Assembly (NCBI GenBank): GCA_963734545.1
Contig: CAVTHO010000008.1
Location: 704,001 to 768,000 of the forward strand
Direction of reading: 5' to 3'
Source of the DNA: an uncultured Spirochaetota bacterium
Lineage (GTDB): Bacteria > Spirochaetota > Spirochaetia > SZUA-6 > Fen-1364
Length of the DNA: 64,000 nt
Position 1 is the stretch's first letter. Each line of letters begins with the position of its first letter. The notes beneath the pieces are model-generated. The model was not told the origin of the DNA, did not search any database, and was given only the letters and a program-made list of their open reading frames with translations. Below are positions 50,955-60,757 of the stretch, one piece after another. A program made the translations under genes and the position numbers.

Positions 50955-51517
50955 GCACCCTGCCGGAGCGCATCATCCTGATAGGATTCATGGGCTCGGG
51001 GAAGTCCTCTGTGGGGCGCATTCTTGCGGACAGGCTGGGCTACGAGCTGGTGGACACCGATGCCCTCCTCGAGGAGAGGGCGGGCGCGCCGATTGCAAGG
51101 ATCTTCCGCGAGCAGGGTGAGCCGGCCTTCAGGGCCCTGGAATCGGAGGTCCTTTCCGCGGTCGCCGGCCGCCGCCGGTCGGTGATTGCCACGGGAGGCG
51201 GCGCGCCCGCCCATCCGCCGAACCGGGACTTCTTCATCCGGGAGGACGCCGTATTCCACCTGAGAGTATCGCTGGAGGCCGCACGGCAGAGGACAGGGGA
51301 AAGCGCGGCTGATTCGCGGAATACCGCGACGGATCGTCCGCTCCTGGCCCAGGACGAGGCCGCTGTGCGCCGCCTGTACCAGGGCCGGCAGCCCGTCTAC
51401 GAGGAGCTCGGCAGATCCGTGGATACGGACGGCAAAACGCCGGCTGCCGTGGCGGATGAGATCATGAGTCTCCTCAGGAGTCCCAGGAGGAGCCATGCTC
51501 CTGGGGAAAACGGCTGA
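50951..51517 (+). CDS. aroK: Shikimate kinase
   Basis: 'GFMGSGKSSVG', 'DTD', 'GEPAFRALE', 'ATGGG', 'RPLL'. Confidence 0.93.
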   Translation: MSTLPERIILIGFMGSGKSSVGRILADRLGYELVDTDALLEERAGAPIARIFREQGEPAFRALESEVLSAVAGRRRSVIATGGGAPAHPPNRDFFIREDAVFHLRVSLEAARQRTGESAADSRNTATDRPLLAQDEAAVRRLYQGRQPVYEELGRSVDTDGKTPAAVADEIMSLLRSPRRSHAPGENG

Positions 51518-52223
51518 TCAATCTCGCAAGATCGACGCGCGATTCGTAGAGCGCCTTCCCGAGGATGACCCCTGCCACAAGGGGATCTTTCAGCTCGGCA
51601 ACCTGCTCCACGTCACGTTCGCTGCCGATGCCGCCGGAGAGTATGGTGGGAAGACCGGCGGCGCGGGCCGCCGCATTCGTGCGCGGGATGTCCGGACCGG
51701 AGAGCGTGCCATCCCTCTCGATGTTCGTGTAGACAAGCCACCTGATACCCACGGCCGCCAGGCCTGCCGCAACCTCGGTATCCTTCCGCCCCGCGTCCTC
51801 GGTCCATCCCGCCACCCGGACGCTTCCGTTTGTGGCATCCACGCCGGCAGCGAACCGGGCCCCGTAGTCCTTCACCCATGCCGCAACGTCGTCGGGGGAC
51901 TTCACCAGGACCGTGCCCACAACGATCCTCTGGACGCCGAGAGCGAGCAGCCTGCCCGCCTGGTCGGCGCGCCGCACCCCGCCGCCCACCTGCAGCCGGC
52001 AGGGAACCGCCGCGCGTATGCGCCCGATGACCTCGAGATTGTCCTTCCCCTTCCCTTCCGCCGCGTCCAGGTCCACGATGTGGATCCAGCGCGCGCCATC
52101 CCGCGCGAAGCTTCGGGCGCATGCGACCGGGTCCGCTGAGTAGCTGGTGGTGGTCGAAAAGCTTCCCCTCAGCAGCCGCACGCAACGACCTCCGCGGAGG
52201 TCGATCGCGGGGAGGAGGAGCAT
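51474..52223 (-). CDS. hisA: Phosphoribosylformimino-5-aminoimidazole carboxamide ribotide isomerase
   Basis: 'PAIDLRGGRCVRL', 'HIVDLD', 'QVGGGVR', 'TNIERDGTLSGP', 'SGGI', 'GKALY'. Confidence 0.93.
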   Translation of the reverse strand: MLLLPAIDLRGGRCVRLLRGSFSTTTSYSADPVACARSFARDGARWIHIVDLDAAEGKGKDNLEVIGRIRAAVPCRLQVGGGVRRADQAGRLLALGVQRIVVGTVLVKSPDDVAAWVKDYGARFAAGVDATNGSVRVAGWTEDAGRKDTEVAAGLAAVGIRWLVYTNIERDGTLSGPDIPRTNAAARAAGLPTILSGGIGSERDVEQVAELKDPLVAGVILGKALYESRVDLARLISRFPQEHGSSWDS

Positions 52224-52228
52224 GCGGG

Positions 52229-52780
52229 TCAGCCGGCCGCCCCGCAGGCCTGGCGGTCGGTGAGCGGGTCATCGCAGCGCTCGACGCCGGCGATGAACGC
52301 CTGCCGGAGGTGACTCTGGATCTCCTCCGCGTTCCGGGCGGCCAGAAGCCGGTCCCGCAGGGGCTGCTGCCTCAAGCAGCGCACGAGCGTGGAGAGTGCA
52401 TGCAGGTAGTCCAGCGACACCATGAGCGGGGAGGCGATGACGAAGAGAAGCCGCACCGGCTCGCCGTCAGGGGATTCGAAGGGGATGCCGGCCCGTGAGA
52501 GGCCCATGGCGATAAGGACGCGCTCCACGCCCGCCGCGCGGCCGTGTGCGACCGCCAACCCGTGTCCGAAGCCGGTTGACTGCAGACGCTCGCGGGCGAC
52601 GACAGCGTTCTCCAGCGCGTCGAGATTTCCGATTTCCTTGAAGACAGGCGCCCGCCTGATGACCTCCCGAAGCGCCTCGAATTTGTCGGCGCTCTGGAGA
52701 TCGCAGACGACTGTGCCCTGGTCGAAACAATGCAGTATGCTCATCCTGGTATTACGATCGGCCATCCTATCGTCCGGCAC
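52229..52780 (-). CDS. PTS IIA (fructose/nitrogen-type) domain protein
   Basis: 'ARERLQSTGFGHGLAVAH', 'FESPDGEPVRLLF'. Confidence 0.85.
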   Translation of the reverse strand: MPDDRMADRNTRMSILHCFDQGTVVCDLQSADKFEALREVIRRAPVFKEIGNLDALENAVVARERLQSTGFGHGLAVAHGRAAGVERVLIAMGLSRAGIPFESPDGEPVRLLFVIASPLMVSLDYLHALSTLVRCLRQQPLRDRLLAARNAEEIQSHLRQAFIAGVERCDDPLTDRQACGAAG

Positions 52781-53001
52781 AAGGGCATGTCAATACGCGC
52801 CGCCGTACCTTGCGCGGTACTCCGCGCAGTTAGGCGCATTCGGGGCGCCGCCGGGCCCGGCGGCGGATTCCACGCGCCGTGCTGTTCGTGCCTATAGACA
52901 TTCCCCCGTTGCCGTTATATCTTGCATTGACAAAACGCGGCCGTGCGCCGCGGTACGCCGCGGATTGTGTACGCCGCGGAAGCGTGTTTCAATGGGAGGG
53001 G

Positions 53002-53364
53002 ATGACAGTGGCAAAAGCACCAGCGAAAAAGGCCATAGTGAAGGTGCCCGACAAGCTTACCAGCGCCTCGATGATCGGCTACATCGCTGACAAGAGCGGC
53101 TTGGCCAGGAAAGAGGCGAAGCAGCTCCTGGAGGACCTCTTCGAGCTGATCAGCACCGGGGTGATGCGGGGAGAGCGGGTGGCCCTCGGCAAGATCGGCA
53201 AGATGTTCGTGCGGCGCAGGCCGGCGCGTGCGGCGCACCCGGGCCGCAATCCGACCACCGGCGAAACGATCATGATCGCCGCCAAGCCGGAGACCAAGGT
53301 GCCGCGATTCACCTTCAGCAAGACCTTCAAAGAGGCCGCGCTGAAGGCGAAGGTCAAGAAGTAA
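53002..53364 (+). CDS. HU family DNA-binding protein
   Basis: 'GRNPTTGETIMI', 'PRFTFSKTFKE'; GGAGG RBS. Confidence 0.9.
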   Translation: MTVAKAPAKKAIVKVPDKLTSASMIGYIADKSGLARKEAKQLLEDLFELISTGVMRGERVALGKIGKMFVRRRPARAAHPGRNPTTGETIMIAAKPETKVPRFTFSKTFKEAALKAKVKK

Positions 53365-53383
53365 CAAGGTCCGACGTTCGCGG

Positions 53384-53413
53384 GGCCGGGAAGAATGCCG
53401 ATTCTTCCCGGCC
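53384..53413. terminator. Hairpin between convergent HU and NUDIX genes
   Basis: GGCCGGGAAGAAT-GCCG-ATTCTTCCCGGCC. Confidence 0.7.
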
Positions 53414-53788
53414 TCAGTGGTACAGCGCTTTCACTACCATCCGATCCGAATCCGCCAGGTCGAAGGACGCGAGCTCTTCCGGCCGCACCCAGCGTATCTC
53501 ATCATGCTCCCGCAGCGCGGGCTCCCCTTCGACGCTATCAACACGGTAGACCAGGAGCTCGAGGCTGACGCCGTCCGCCTCGAAAAACGTTGCGCAGAGG
53601 AGCTCCCCGATTTGCGCGCGGACGGAGAGCTCCTCATTCAGCTCCCTGGCCAGAGAATGCTCGGGGCTTTCACCGGGCTCGATCTTGCCGCCGGGAAACT
53701 CCCACTTGCCCCCCATGTGCTTTCCCGGCTTCCTGCGCGCAATGAGCACCTTCCCGTTTTCCTCGATGATGCCCGCCGTCACCCTCAC
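53414..53788 (-). CDS. NUDIX hydrolase, MutT-like
   Basis: Nudix box 'WEFPGGKIEPGESPEHSLARELNEEL'; GTG overlaps the nth stop. Confidence 0.9.
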   Translation of the reverse strand: MRVTAGIIEENGKVLIARRKPGKHMGGKWEFPGGKIEPGESPEHSLARELNEELSVRAQIGELLCATFFEADGVSLELLVYRVDSVEGEPALREHDEIRWVRPEELASFDLADSDRMVVKALYH

Positions 53789-54480
53789 CGCGACCTCCCG
53801 ACCCCGGCTCGCGCGCACCACTGCGACACGGGACAGGCGCTGCACCAGGGGGAAAGCGGGGTACAGACCGTCTGGCCGTACCTCACCAGCAGCTCGTTGA
53901 TCGAGATCCAATAGCGGCGGGGAAGGATTTTCATAAGGGCCTGCTCGGTTTGCGCCGGCTGGCGGGTGGAAACCCAGCCCATCCTGTTGGAGATGCGGTG
54001 CACGTGCGTGTCCACGCAGATCCCGGGCAGCCCGAAGCCGAGGTTGAGCACGAGGTTGGCCGTCTTTCTCCCCACTCCCGGCAGCGCCAGCAGCTCGCCC
54101 ATGTCTGCGGGCACTCTGCCCGCATGCGTGTCCAGCAGGATCCGCGCGGCCGCGCGCAGATGCTTCGCCTTGGTGTGATAGAAGCCCGCGGGATAGATGA
54201 GGCGTTCGATGCGGACCGCCGAAAGGGCGGCCAGCGCCGCGGGCGTCGGGGCCGCGGAGAGCAGGGCGTCGGACGCCTTTCGAGTCACGTCGTCCTTGGT
54301 CCGCAGTGAGATCATGGTCGCAACGAGCACACGGAAAGGGTCGCTGTTCTCGCGCGCAACCTCGGAGACGGACGGCAGGGGCCGGACGGAACCCGCCGCC
54401 AGGCGCGCGCTCATTGCATCATGGATTCGGGCCCAGGGAATGCGGCGGCCGTGGGCTGCCCTGCTACCCGGGGAGGTCAC
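53785..54480 (-). CDS. nth: Endonuclease III
   Basis: HhH 'LPGVGRKTAN', 'VDTHVHR', FeS cluster 'CTPLSPWCSACPVSQWC'. Confidence 0.93.
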   Translation of the reverse strand: MTSPGSRAAHGRRIPWARIHDAMSARLAAGSVRPLPSVSEVARENSDPFRVLVATMISLRTKDDVTRKASDALLSAAPTPAALAALSAVRIERLIYPAGFYHTKAKHLRAAARILLDTHAGRVPADMGELLALPGVGRKTANLVLNLGFGLPGICVDTHVHRISNRMGWVSTRQPAQTEQALMKILPRRYWISINELLVRYGQTVCTPLSPWCSACPVSQWCARAGVGRSR

Positions 54481-55004
54481 TTTGCATTGACTTTGAGCCG
54501 GGAGAAAACCAGCTCTTCGATGTCCCCCTTGCTCTTGTCCAGGGAAAAGGAGATCTCGTCGATGAGGAGCTTGAGCGCGCTGTCGTACAGCTTGCGCTCG
54601 AGAATGGGAAGCTCCTTGATCCTGCTCCTGTGATAGAGCGCGCGCACGACGTTTGCGATGTCAAGAATGCTGCCCTTCTTGAGAAGATCGAGATTCATCT
54701 GGTAGCGGAGCTTCCAGTCCGCCGGAATGGGCTCGAACTCCTCCGCAATGAGACGGAGCGCCTTCTGCGATTCCTTCTTGCCCACAATGGCGCGGATTCC
54801 CAGCTCGTCCGCCTTGTCCACCGGAACCATGATCGTCATGTCGGAGACTTCCAGGTAAACGATATAATAGAGCAGTTTCTTGTCCCGGAATGGCCTCTCC
54901 TCGATGGCGCGGATATGCCCGACGCCCTGAAGAGGGTAGACGATCTCCTGGCTCACTTTGTATTTGGTCGGTGGATGTCTCGCTGTCTTGCGGGGGGACT
55001 TCAT
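54477..55004 (-). CDS. carD: CarD family transcription factor
   Basis: 'IVYPLQGVGHI', 'IMVPV', 'LGIR', 'WKLRY'. Confidence 0.9.
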   Translation of the reverse strand: MKSPRKTARHPPTKYKVSQEIVYPLQGVGHIRAIEERPFRDKKLLYYIVYLEVSDMTIMVPVDKADELGIRAIVGKKESQKALRLIAEEFEPIPADWKLRYQMNLDLLKKGSILDIANVVRALYHRSRIKELPILERKLYDSALKLLIDEISFSLDKSKGDIEELVFSRLKVNAK

Positions 55005-55138
55005 GCAAATCATTGTACCGCAGTTTGGCCCGAGGGTCAAATATCTCAGGGCCGGGGAACCCGCAAAGCTGCGGATGAAGCCCGCACGGTCGCGGATGAA
55101 CTGGCCGCAAAGGCCCGACGCGGGGTATAGTCCTCGGA

Positions 55139-55852
55139 ATGTGGAAGCTGAACGCGAAGAAGGTGCTGGCGCTGGTCGCCTTTCCCCTTGTCATTGCAGC
55201 GATAGTTGCTGCCGTGATCATCTGGCGCGACTCCCTCTGGCGGCTCTTCACGTCGCCCCAGCAGCTGCGGGAGTGGGTGGCGGCATGGGGCATATGGGCG
55301 CCGGCGATCTTCATCGCGCTCCAGGCCCTGCAGGTCATCGTATTCGTGATCCCCGGCGAGGTGCCGCAGATCGCGGGGGGCTATCTCTTCGGCGCGTGGC
55401 AGGGCTCGCTGCTTTCCGTGGTTGGGATCCTGATCGGCTCGGCGGCAAGCTTCTTCCTTTCCCGGGCGCTGGGCAGGCCCTTTGTGGCCGCGTTGTTCCC
55501 GGCTGCGCAAATCGAGAAGATCGAGAGGGTCCTGACCTCGCGGAGCGCGCGGATCGTCTTCTTCCTGCTTTTCCTCATCCCGGGCATTCCCAAGGATGTG
55601 CTGTGCTACGTGGCAGGGCTGACGCCGATGGGATTCCCCTTCTTCGCGACGGCCTCGACGCTGGGAAGGCTTCCGGGGATCGTGGGAAGCGCGGTCATCG
55701 GCAGCGCCGCGGCGTCGAGCAGGTGGGTGCTGGCCGGGGTCATCGGGGCCGTGGCCGCGGCACTCTTCGGCGCCGGAGTGATTCTCCGCCCCAGGATACA
55801 GAATTGGATCGAGCGGATAGCGGGAAAAGGCGACCCTCCTACGGGGTCTTGA
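55139..55852 (+). CDS. TVP38/TMEM64 (VTT/DedA) membrane protein
   Basis: 'LQVIVFVIPGE...AGGYLFG', 'LIPGIPKD'. Confidence 0.9.
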   Translation: MWKLNAKKVLALVAFPLVIAAIVAAVIIWRDSLWRLFTSPQQLREWVAAWGIWAPAIFIALQALQVIVFVIPGEVPQIAGGYLFGAWQGSLLSVVGILIGSAASFFLSRALGRPFVAALFPAAQIEKIERVLTSRSARIVFFLLFLIPGIPKDVLCYVAGLTPMGFPFFATASTLGRLPGIVGSAVIGSAAASSRWVLAGVIGAVAAALFGAGVILRPRIQNWIERIAGKGDPPTGS

Positions 55853-57038
55853 CGGCAGCCGCGAACCGCTCGCCGAACTCCTCTCCCTGTTTCAGCAGCT
55901 CCGCCGTGGGCGTCCCGCGGAACTCCAGCATTTCGGTGACCTCCCATTTCAGCGGCTCGGCCATCTTCCGGAACGCGGCCATTCCGCCCTTGCTCCAGCC
56001 ATAGCTGCCGAAGATGGCGGCCTTCTTGTTGATGACCCGCTTGAGACCGGCCATGTCGATCACCTGCGCCACCGGCGGGAAGAGGGTCCCTTCGTAGGTG
56101 GGCGCCCCGATCATGATCCCGCGCTGCGTCCACAGTGACGGAAGAATGAAGCTCACGTGCGTGCGCGCCGCGTCGAAGATCTCCACGGGAATCCCGGCCC
56201 GGGAAATCCCCTGCGCCACGGCGTTCATCATCTTCTCCGTGTTTCCATACATCGAGCCGTACACGAGCGTGACGCCCGTTTCCCCGCCGCCCTTGCTCAG
56301 CTCGGCCCACCTCCGGTACAATTCCACGATCCGGGCCGGGTCCCTGCGCCAGACAAGGCCATGGGACGGCGCGATGACCGAGAGGGGAGCGCCGGAAAGC
56401 TTCTCGATGGCCTTCAGAGTCGGGGCGCTGAACTTCGCCACGATGTTCACGAAATAGCGCAGTGCCTCCCGCTCGTAGAAGACGAGGTCGGAGCACTGAT
56501 CGTCGAAGATCGTGCCGGGGAGCGCCCCGTACCCGCCGAAGGCGTCGCAGGAAAACAGGATCTGGTCCGCGGCGTCATAGGTCACCATGGTCTCCGGCCA
56601 GTGCACGAACGGAGCGTGCACGAACTTCAACGTCCGCTTTCCCAGTGACAGCTCTTCGCCGTCCGCCACGACATGGACGTTCTCCGTGATCCCGTAGAAT
56701 GCGGCGAGCATCTCCCGCGCCTTCTCCGTTGCGAGGATCGTCAACCGGGGGGAGATGCGCGTAAAGGCCCGGATGGCGCCCGTATGGTCCGGCTCCATGT
56801 GGTTGACCACGATGTAGTCGATTTCAGAGAGGGGCACGATGGCCTCGATCTTCTCGATGTACTCGTCCGTCTTGAAGCCCTTTGCCAGGTCGATGATGAC
56901 GTTCTTCTGGTCTCGAATCAGGTAGGAGTTGTACGTCACCCCCGCTTCCGCGACCGGCCAGATCCCCTCGAACAGATCGGTGGTCCTGTCGTTGAGCCCG
57001 ATCCAGTACACATCCGGACGTATCTGTACAGACGGCAT
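55839..57038 (-). CDS. fprA: Flavodiiron protein (FprA/A-type flavoprotein)
   Basis: 'HMEPDH', 'HWPET', 'SCDAFG', 'PSHG', flavodoxin 'YGSMYGNTE', 'GSYGWS'. Confidence 0.93.
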   Translation of the reverse strand: MPSVQIRPDVYWIGLNDRTTDLFEGIWPVAEAGVTYNSYLIRDQKNVIIDLAKGFKTDEYIEKIEAIVPLSEIDYIVVNHMEPDHTGAIRAFTRISPRLTILATEKAREMLAAFYGITENVHVVADGEELSLGKRTLKFVHAPFVHWPETMVTYDAADQILFSCDAFGGYGALPGTIFDDQCSDLVFYEREALRYFVNIVAKFSAPTLKAIEKLSGAPLSVIAPSHGLVWRRDPARIVELYRRWAELSKGGGETGVTLVYGSMYGNTEKMMNAVAQGISRAGIPVEIFDAARTHVSFILPSLWTQRGIMIGAPTYEGTLFPPVAQVIDMAGLKRVINKKAAIFGSYGWSKGGMAAFRKMAEPLKWEVTEMLEFRGTPTAELLKQGEEFGERFAAAVKTP

Positions 57039-57120
57039 TCCCCGCTCCCTTCCTCTGCGTGTTCTGACGTATGGAGTACCACCCAAATCGCCTGCGGCGG
57101 ACATCGTCCGCCGGCGGCGA

Positions 57121-58726
57121 TCAGTTCAGCGTCATTGCGATCCCCGGAGGGGTCGTCCTGCCTTTGAACTTGATGAACTTGAACGGGTGCACATCCAGCG
57201 GATTGGAGAACCACCCGTCGATGCTTTTCGTGTTGATCAGGTTGATGGCGGGCCGATGGTCGAGGGGAAGGATGGCCGCCTTGGTGAGAAGGATCTGCTC
57301 GGCGTCCGCGAGCCTGCGGTAGCGCTTCTTGCTGTCGACGAGGGAAAGCGAATCGTTCACCGCCGCGTCATAGTCCTTGTCGGTGAAGCGCGCATCGTTG
57401 AGATTGCTGCCGGAAGTCCACAGCTGGAGGAAGGTCAGCGGATCGGCGTAGTCCCCGATCCAGGTGGAAATCCCCAGCGCATAGTCGCGTTTCTTGGTCT
57501 CTCCGTAGTAGGAGTCGGAGTCCACCTCTTTGAACGTCACGTCGAGACCGATGAGGGTCTTCCAGGCGTCCGCCATGGTCTCCACGTACTTCTTCGCGTC
57601 CGAATCCTTTCCCAGCTTCACCACCAGCGCGGGGAGCCCACTTCCATTCGGGAAAGCCCGCATCCGCGAGGAGTTTCTTCCCCTCGTCCACCTGCTGAGC
57701 GGCTATCCCCTGGACCTGCGGGTAGCCGGGTATCGCGGGTATCACGAGCTCGGAGGGAAAGAAGAACGCATCCTTGGTGCGCAGCTTGTCCCAGGGCACC
57801 AGAAGGGCAAGGGCACGACGGACCCTCCAGTCGCTCCACGGGGCCTGGTCGCAGGCGAAGAAAAAGTAGGTGGTGCCGAACATGGGGAACACTTCGAGCC
57901 TGTCGGAGGCAATCAGCTTGTCCGAGCTGATGAGAGACTGGGTGACCCACTGAATCTTCCCGGTGATATACGCGTCCGTGGCGTCGCGGGCGTCATCCAT
58001 GAAACGCACGCGGAGCTTGTCCAGCGCCACGTTGTCCGCGTCCCAGTAGGAGGGATTCTTGTCCAGGAGGATCTCCGTGTCGCTGCGGCTTCTGATCACG
58101 AACGGCCCGTTGCCGATCACCGTGCCGGCGTTCTCCCAGCCGCTGGTCCGTCGGAGCGAAGGATGGAGCGGGAGAAAGGCGATGTGCGTGAGCAGCTTCA
58201 GGAAGTGGGGGGCGGGATTCTCCAGCTCGACCTGCAGCAGGTCGGCGGAGAGCGCCTTCACCCCGACGCTGGCGCGATTCTTCACCGCGCCCGTGCGAAA
58301 CGCGCGCGCGCCCTTGATCACGTCGAAGAGGAACGAGTATTCGGCGTTGTTGGCCGGGTCCATCATGCGCAGCCAGGAGTCCACGAAATCCTGGGCGCGC
58401 ACCTTGTCGCCGTTCGAGTACGCGGCGTCGGGGCGAAGCGTGAATTTCCACATGGTGCCGTTGTCGCTGGACTGCCATTCCGATGCCACCCCCGGCTCGG
58501 GCTCGAGGGTAAGGGGATCCGAGATGACGAGGCCTTCATATATCGCCGTATAGAACTGGGACTCGAACGAAGTAAAGGTGTGCAGCGGGTCAAGGCTCAG
58601 CTTCTGGGGGATGTCGGCAATCACGAACTCCCGGATCTTCGGATTGCCGGGCGCATCCGCCGCCGGGAGAACGGCCACGCACGCAACGAGGAGGAAAAGT
58701 GCGCCCAGGACGGCTCTTTTCAGCAT
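57121..58726 (-). CDS. oppA: Oligopeptide ABC transporter substrate-binding protein (frameshift near 57645)
   Basis: 'YEGLV...PGVA', 'FTLR', 'AQDFVDSW', 'GNGPF', 'WIGDYADPLTFL'. Confidence 0.88.
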
Positions 58727-58748
58727 GCAAAGAAGATAGTGCTTCGCG

Positions 58749-59417
58749 TCAGAAAATTCTATAGGGCACGAGCTCGCGCACCAGGAGCTTCACCTTTGCG
58801 CTGGTGGAAAACGCGCCGGAACCCAGAAGGGTGATCGGATCGTCCCACAGGACCACCTCTCCGTCGATCTCCCGGGGCTTGTTTATGTAGCGGCTGTTGA
58901 GGCTGCGGCGGATGGCGTCTTTGACGGCGTCCTTCAGCGATGCCATCCTGGCCGACGCTCCCTCGGTCACCATGGCCTGGCCGCGGCCCGTGGAGAGGGC
59001 GGCCGTGTTGCTCTCCCATGCAAGGCGTCTCCGTGATTCGTCGTCATTCAACGCGTAGGACATCCGGGCCCACAGCTTCGCTTCCACGATCTCCGTCTCC
59101 CGGACCTCCAGGCGCGCGCTGCCCCAGGGGATCTCCGCGACGGGCGTAAGAACGAAGCTTTCCTTGACCTGCCGCGACTGGTCCCCCGGAATGTAGGTGA
59201 AGATCCACCCGTAGATCATGGCGGAAAAAAGCACTCTGCCCTGTTCGAGCAGCTCCCGCTCCGCGGTCTTCAATGGCTTTTGCGGCTGGTCCGGCTCCAG
59301 GCGCGCGAGCGGCTGGAGCTCGATCCACGGGCGGATGAAGAGCCGGTCCACCGATTGGGCCCCGGCGCTCGTGCCGACGAGGAGGAGGAAAAGGAGTGAT
59401 CCGAGAAGTATGCGCAT
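58749..59417 (-). CDS. Exported hypothetical protein
   Basis: Signal peptide 'MRILLGSLLFLLLVGTSAGA'; the ORF track fuses it to rhomboid only because of a frameshift. Confidence 0.65.
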   Translation of the reverse strand: MRILLGSLLFLLLVGTSAGAQSVDRLFIRPWIELQPLARLEPDQPQKPLKTAERELLEQGRVLFSAMIYGWIFTYIPGDQSRQVKESFVLTPVAEIPWGSARLEVRETEIVEAKLWARMSYALNDDESRRRLAWESNTAALSTGRGQAMVTEGASARMASLKDAVKDAIRRSLNSRYINKPREIDGEVVLWDDPITLLGSGAFSTSAKVKLLVRELVPYRIF

Positions 59418-59440
59418 CCCGCTCCTCTGAGTATCGGGTG

Positions 59441-60077
59441 CTATCTCCTGTGAAAGAAGAGGGCGATGGGATTCATGCCGTATCGCACGACCAGAAACAG
59501 GTAGCCGAAGGCCAGCCCGGCAAGATGCGTCAGGTGAGCGACGCCGGACTGGAAGTTCGTGAACTGGAGGAAAATCTCGATTCCCGCGTACGCCAGCACC
59601 GCAACGGGCGCGCGTATGGGCAGGATGCCGAAGATGAAGATCCGCGCGTCGGGGAAGAATGCGGCGAAGGCGAGAAGGAGAGCAAAGATCGCGCCGGAGG
59701 CGCCCACGATGGGAATCAATGCCCTGACCCGTGGCGGTGTTGATGAAGACAGTCGCGATCCCGGCGCCGATGCCGCACACGAAGTAGTAGAGGAGGAAAT
59801 CCGTGCTCCCCATCCGCTGCTCGAGCTGGATGCCGAAGAGAAAAAGGGCGAGCATGTTGAAGAAGATGTGGCCCCATCCGCCGTGCACGAACATGTAGGT
59901 CACAACCTGCCACCACCAGCCTTCCTGCAGCACACCCACCGGGAAAAGCCACAGGTAGCGCAGCAATCCCCGCCGGTCCATGAATCCGATGAGGAAGACG
60001 AGCACGTTCACCACGATGAGGATGATCGTCGCGTTGAAGTAGCGGTACCGGACCGGGCGGCGCAGAATGCTTGGCAT
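59441..60077 (-). CDS. Rhomboid family intramembrane serine protease (frameshift near 59720)
   Basis: 'WQVVTYMFVHGGWGHIFFNM', 'GASGAI', 'AHLTHLAG'. Confidence 0.92.
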
Positions 60078-60151
60078 GGCATCAAGTTACGCCGCCTCAG
60101 GAGGGGCGTCAAGGCTTGCGTCCCCCTGCCCGCTCTGCTACCTTCAGCGCG

Positions 60152-60757
60152 ATGAAGGGGAAAGCCGATTACTACTGGAGGAAATCCAAGGAGGAAGGAT
60201 ACCCCGCCCGGTCCGTGTTCAAGCTGCAGGAAATCCAGGAGAAGTACAAGCCGCTCGGCCCGGGGAACAGGGTCCTTGACCTCGGCGCGTCGCCCGGAAG
60301 CTGGAGCCTGTTCATTCTCGACATGCTGGCGGGCGCGGGACGCGTGATTGGCGTGGACCTCAATCCGCCGGACGACAAGCTTCTCTCGCGAAAGGGCTAC
60401 CGGTTCATGCAGGGAGATTTCACCACGGCGGAACTCGCCCAGCGGATCGCAGGGGAAGGGCCGTTCGACGTGGTCGTGTCCGATGCTGCCCCTTCCACCA
60501 CCGGCAACAGGACGCTGGACACGGCCCGCTCCGCGGAGATCGCCCGCAACGTCCTGGACATCTGCGAGAAATGCCTGGTCCCGGGAGGGAACTGCGTGCT
60601 CAAGATTTTCCAGGGCGGGGAAGAGAAGGAGATTCTTGATCGTATGCGCGGGCGCTTCACCGCGGCGCGCGCCTTCAAGCCCAAGGCAAGCAGGTCGGAA
60701 TCGATGGAAACCTATTTCCTCGGGCTCGGCTTCACAGGACAATCCGGGTCCGGCTGA
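60152..60757 (+). CDS. rlmE: 23S rRNA Um2552 methyltransferase
   Basis: 'RSVFKLQEI', 'LDLGASPGSWS', 'SDAAP', 'KIFQG', 'KPKASRSESMETY'. Confidence 0.92.
   Translation: MKGKADYYWRKSKEEGYPARSVFKLQEIQEKYKPLGPGNRVLDLGASPGSWSLFILDMLAGAGRVIGVDLNPPDDKLLSRKGYRFMQGDFTTAELAQRIAGEGPFDVVVSDAAPSTTGNRTLDTARSAEIARNVLDICEKCLVPGGNCVLKIFQGGEEKEILDRMRGRFTAARAFKPKASRSESMETYFLGLGFTGQSGSG

Noticed and set aside
58749-60077. Apparent novel fusions in the ORF track (rhomboid+exported protein; also nrdJ tail+PlsC at 6053-7270 and AzlC+AzlD at 43411-43947)
   Set aside because: Produced by frameshifts joining adjacent genes; each partner has its own start and the missing halves lie in another frame
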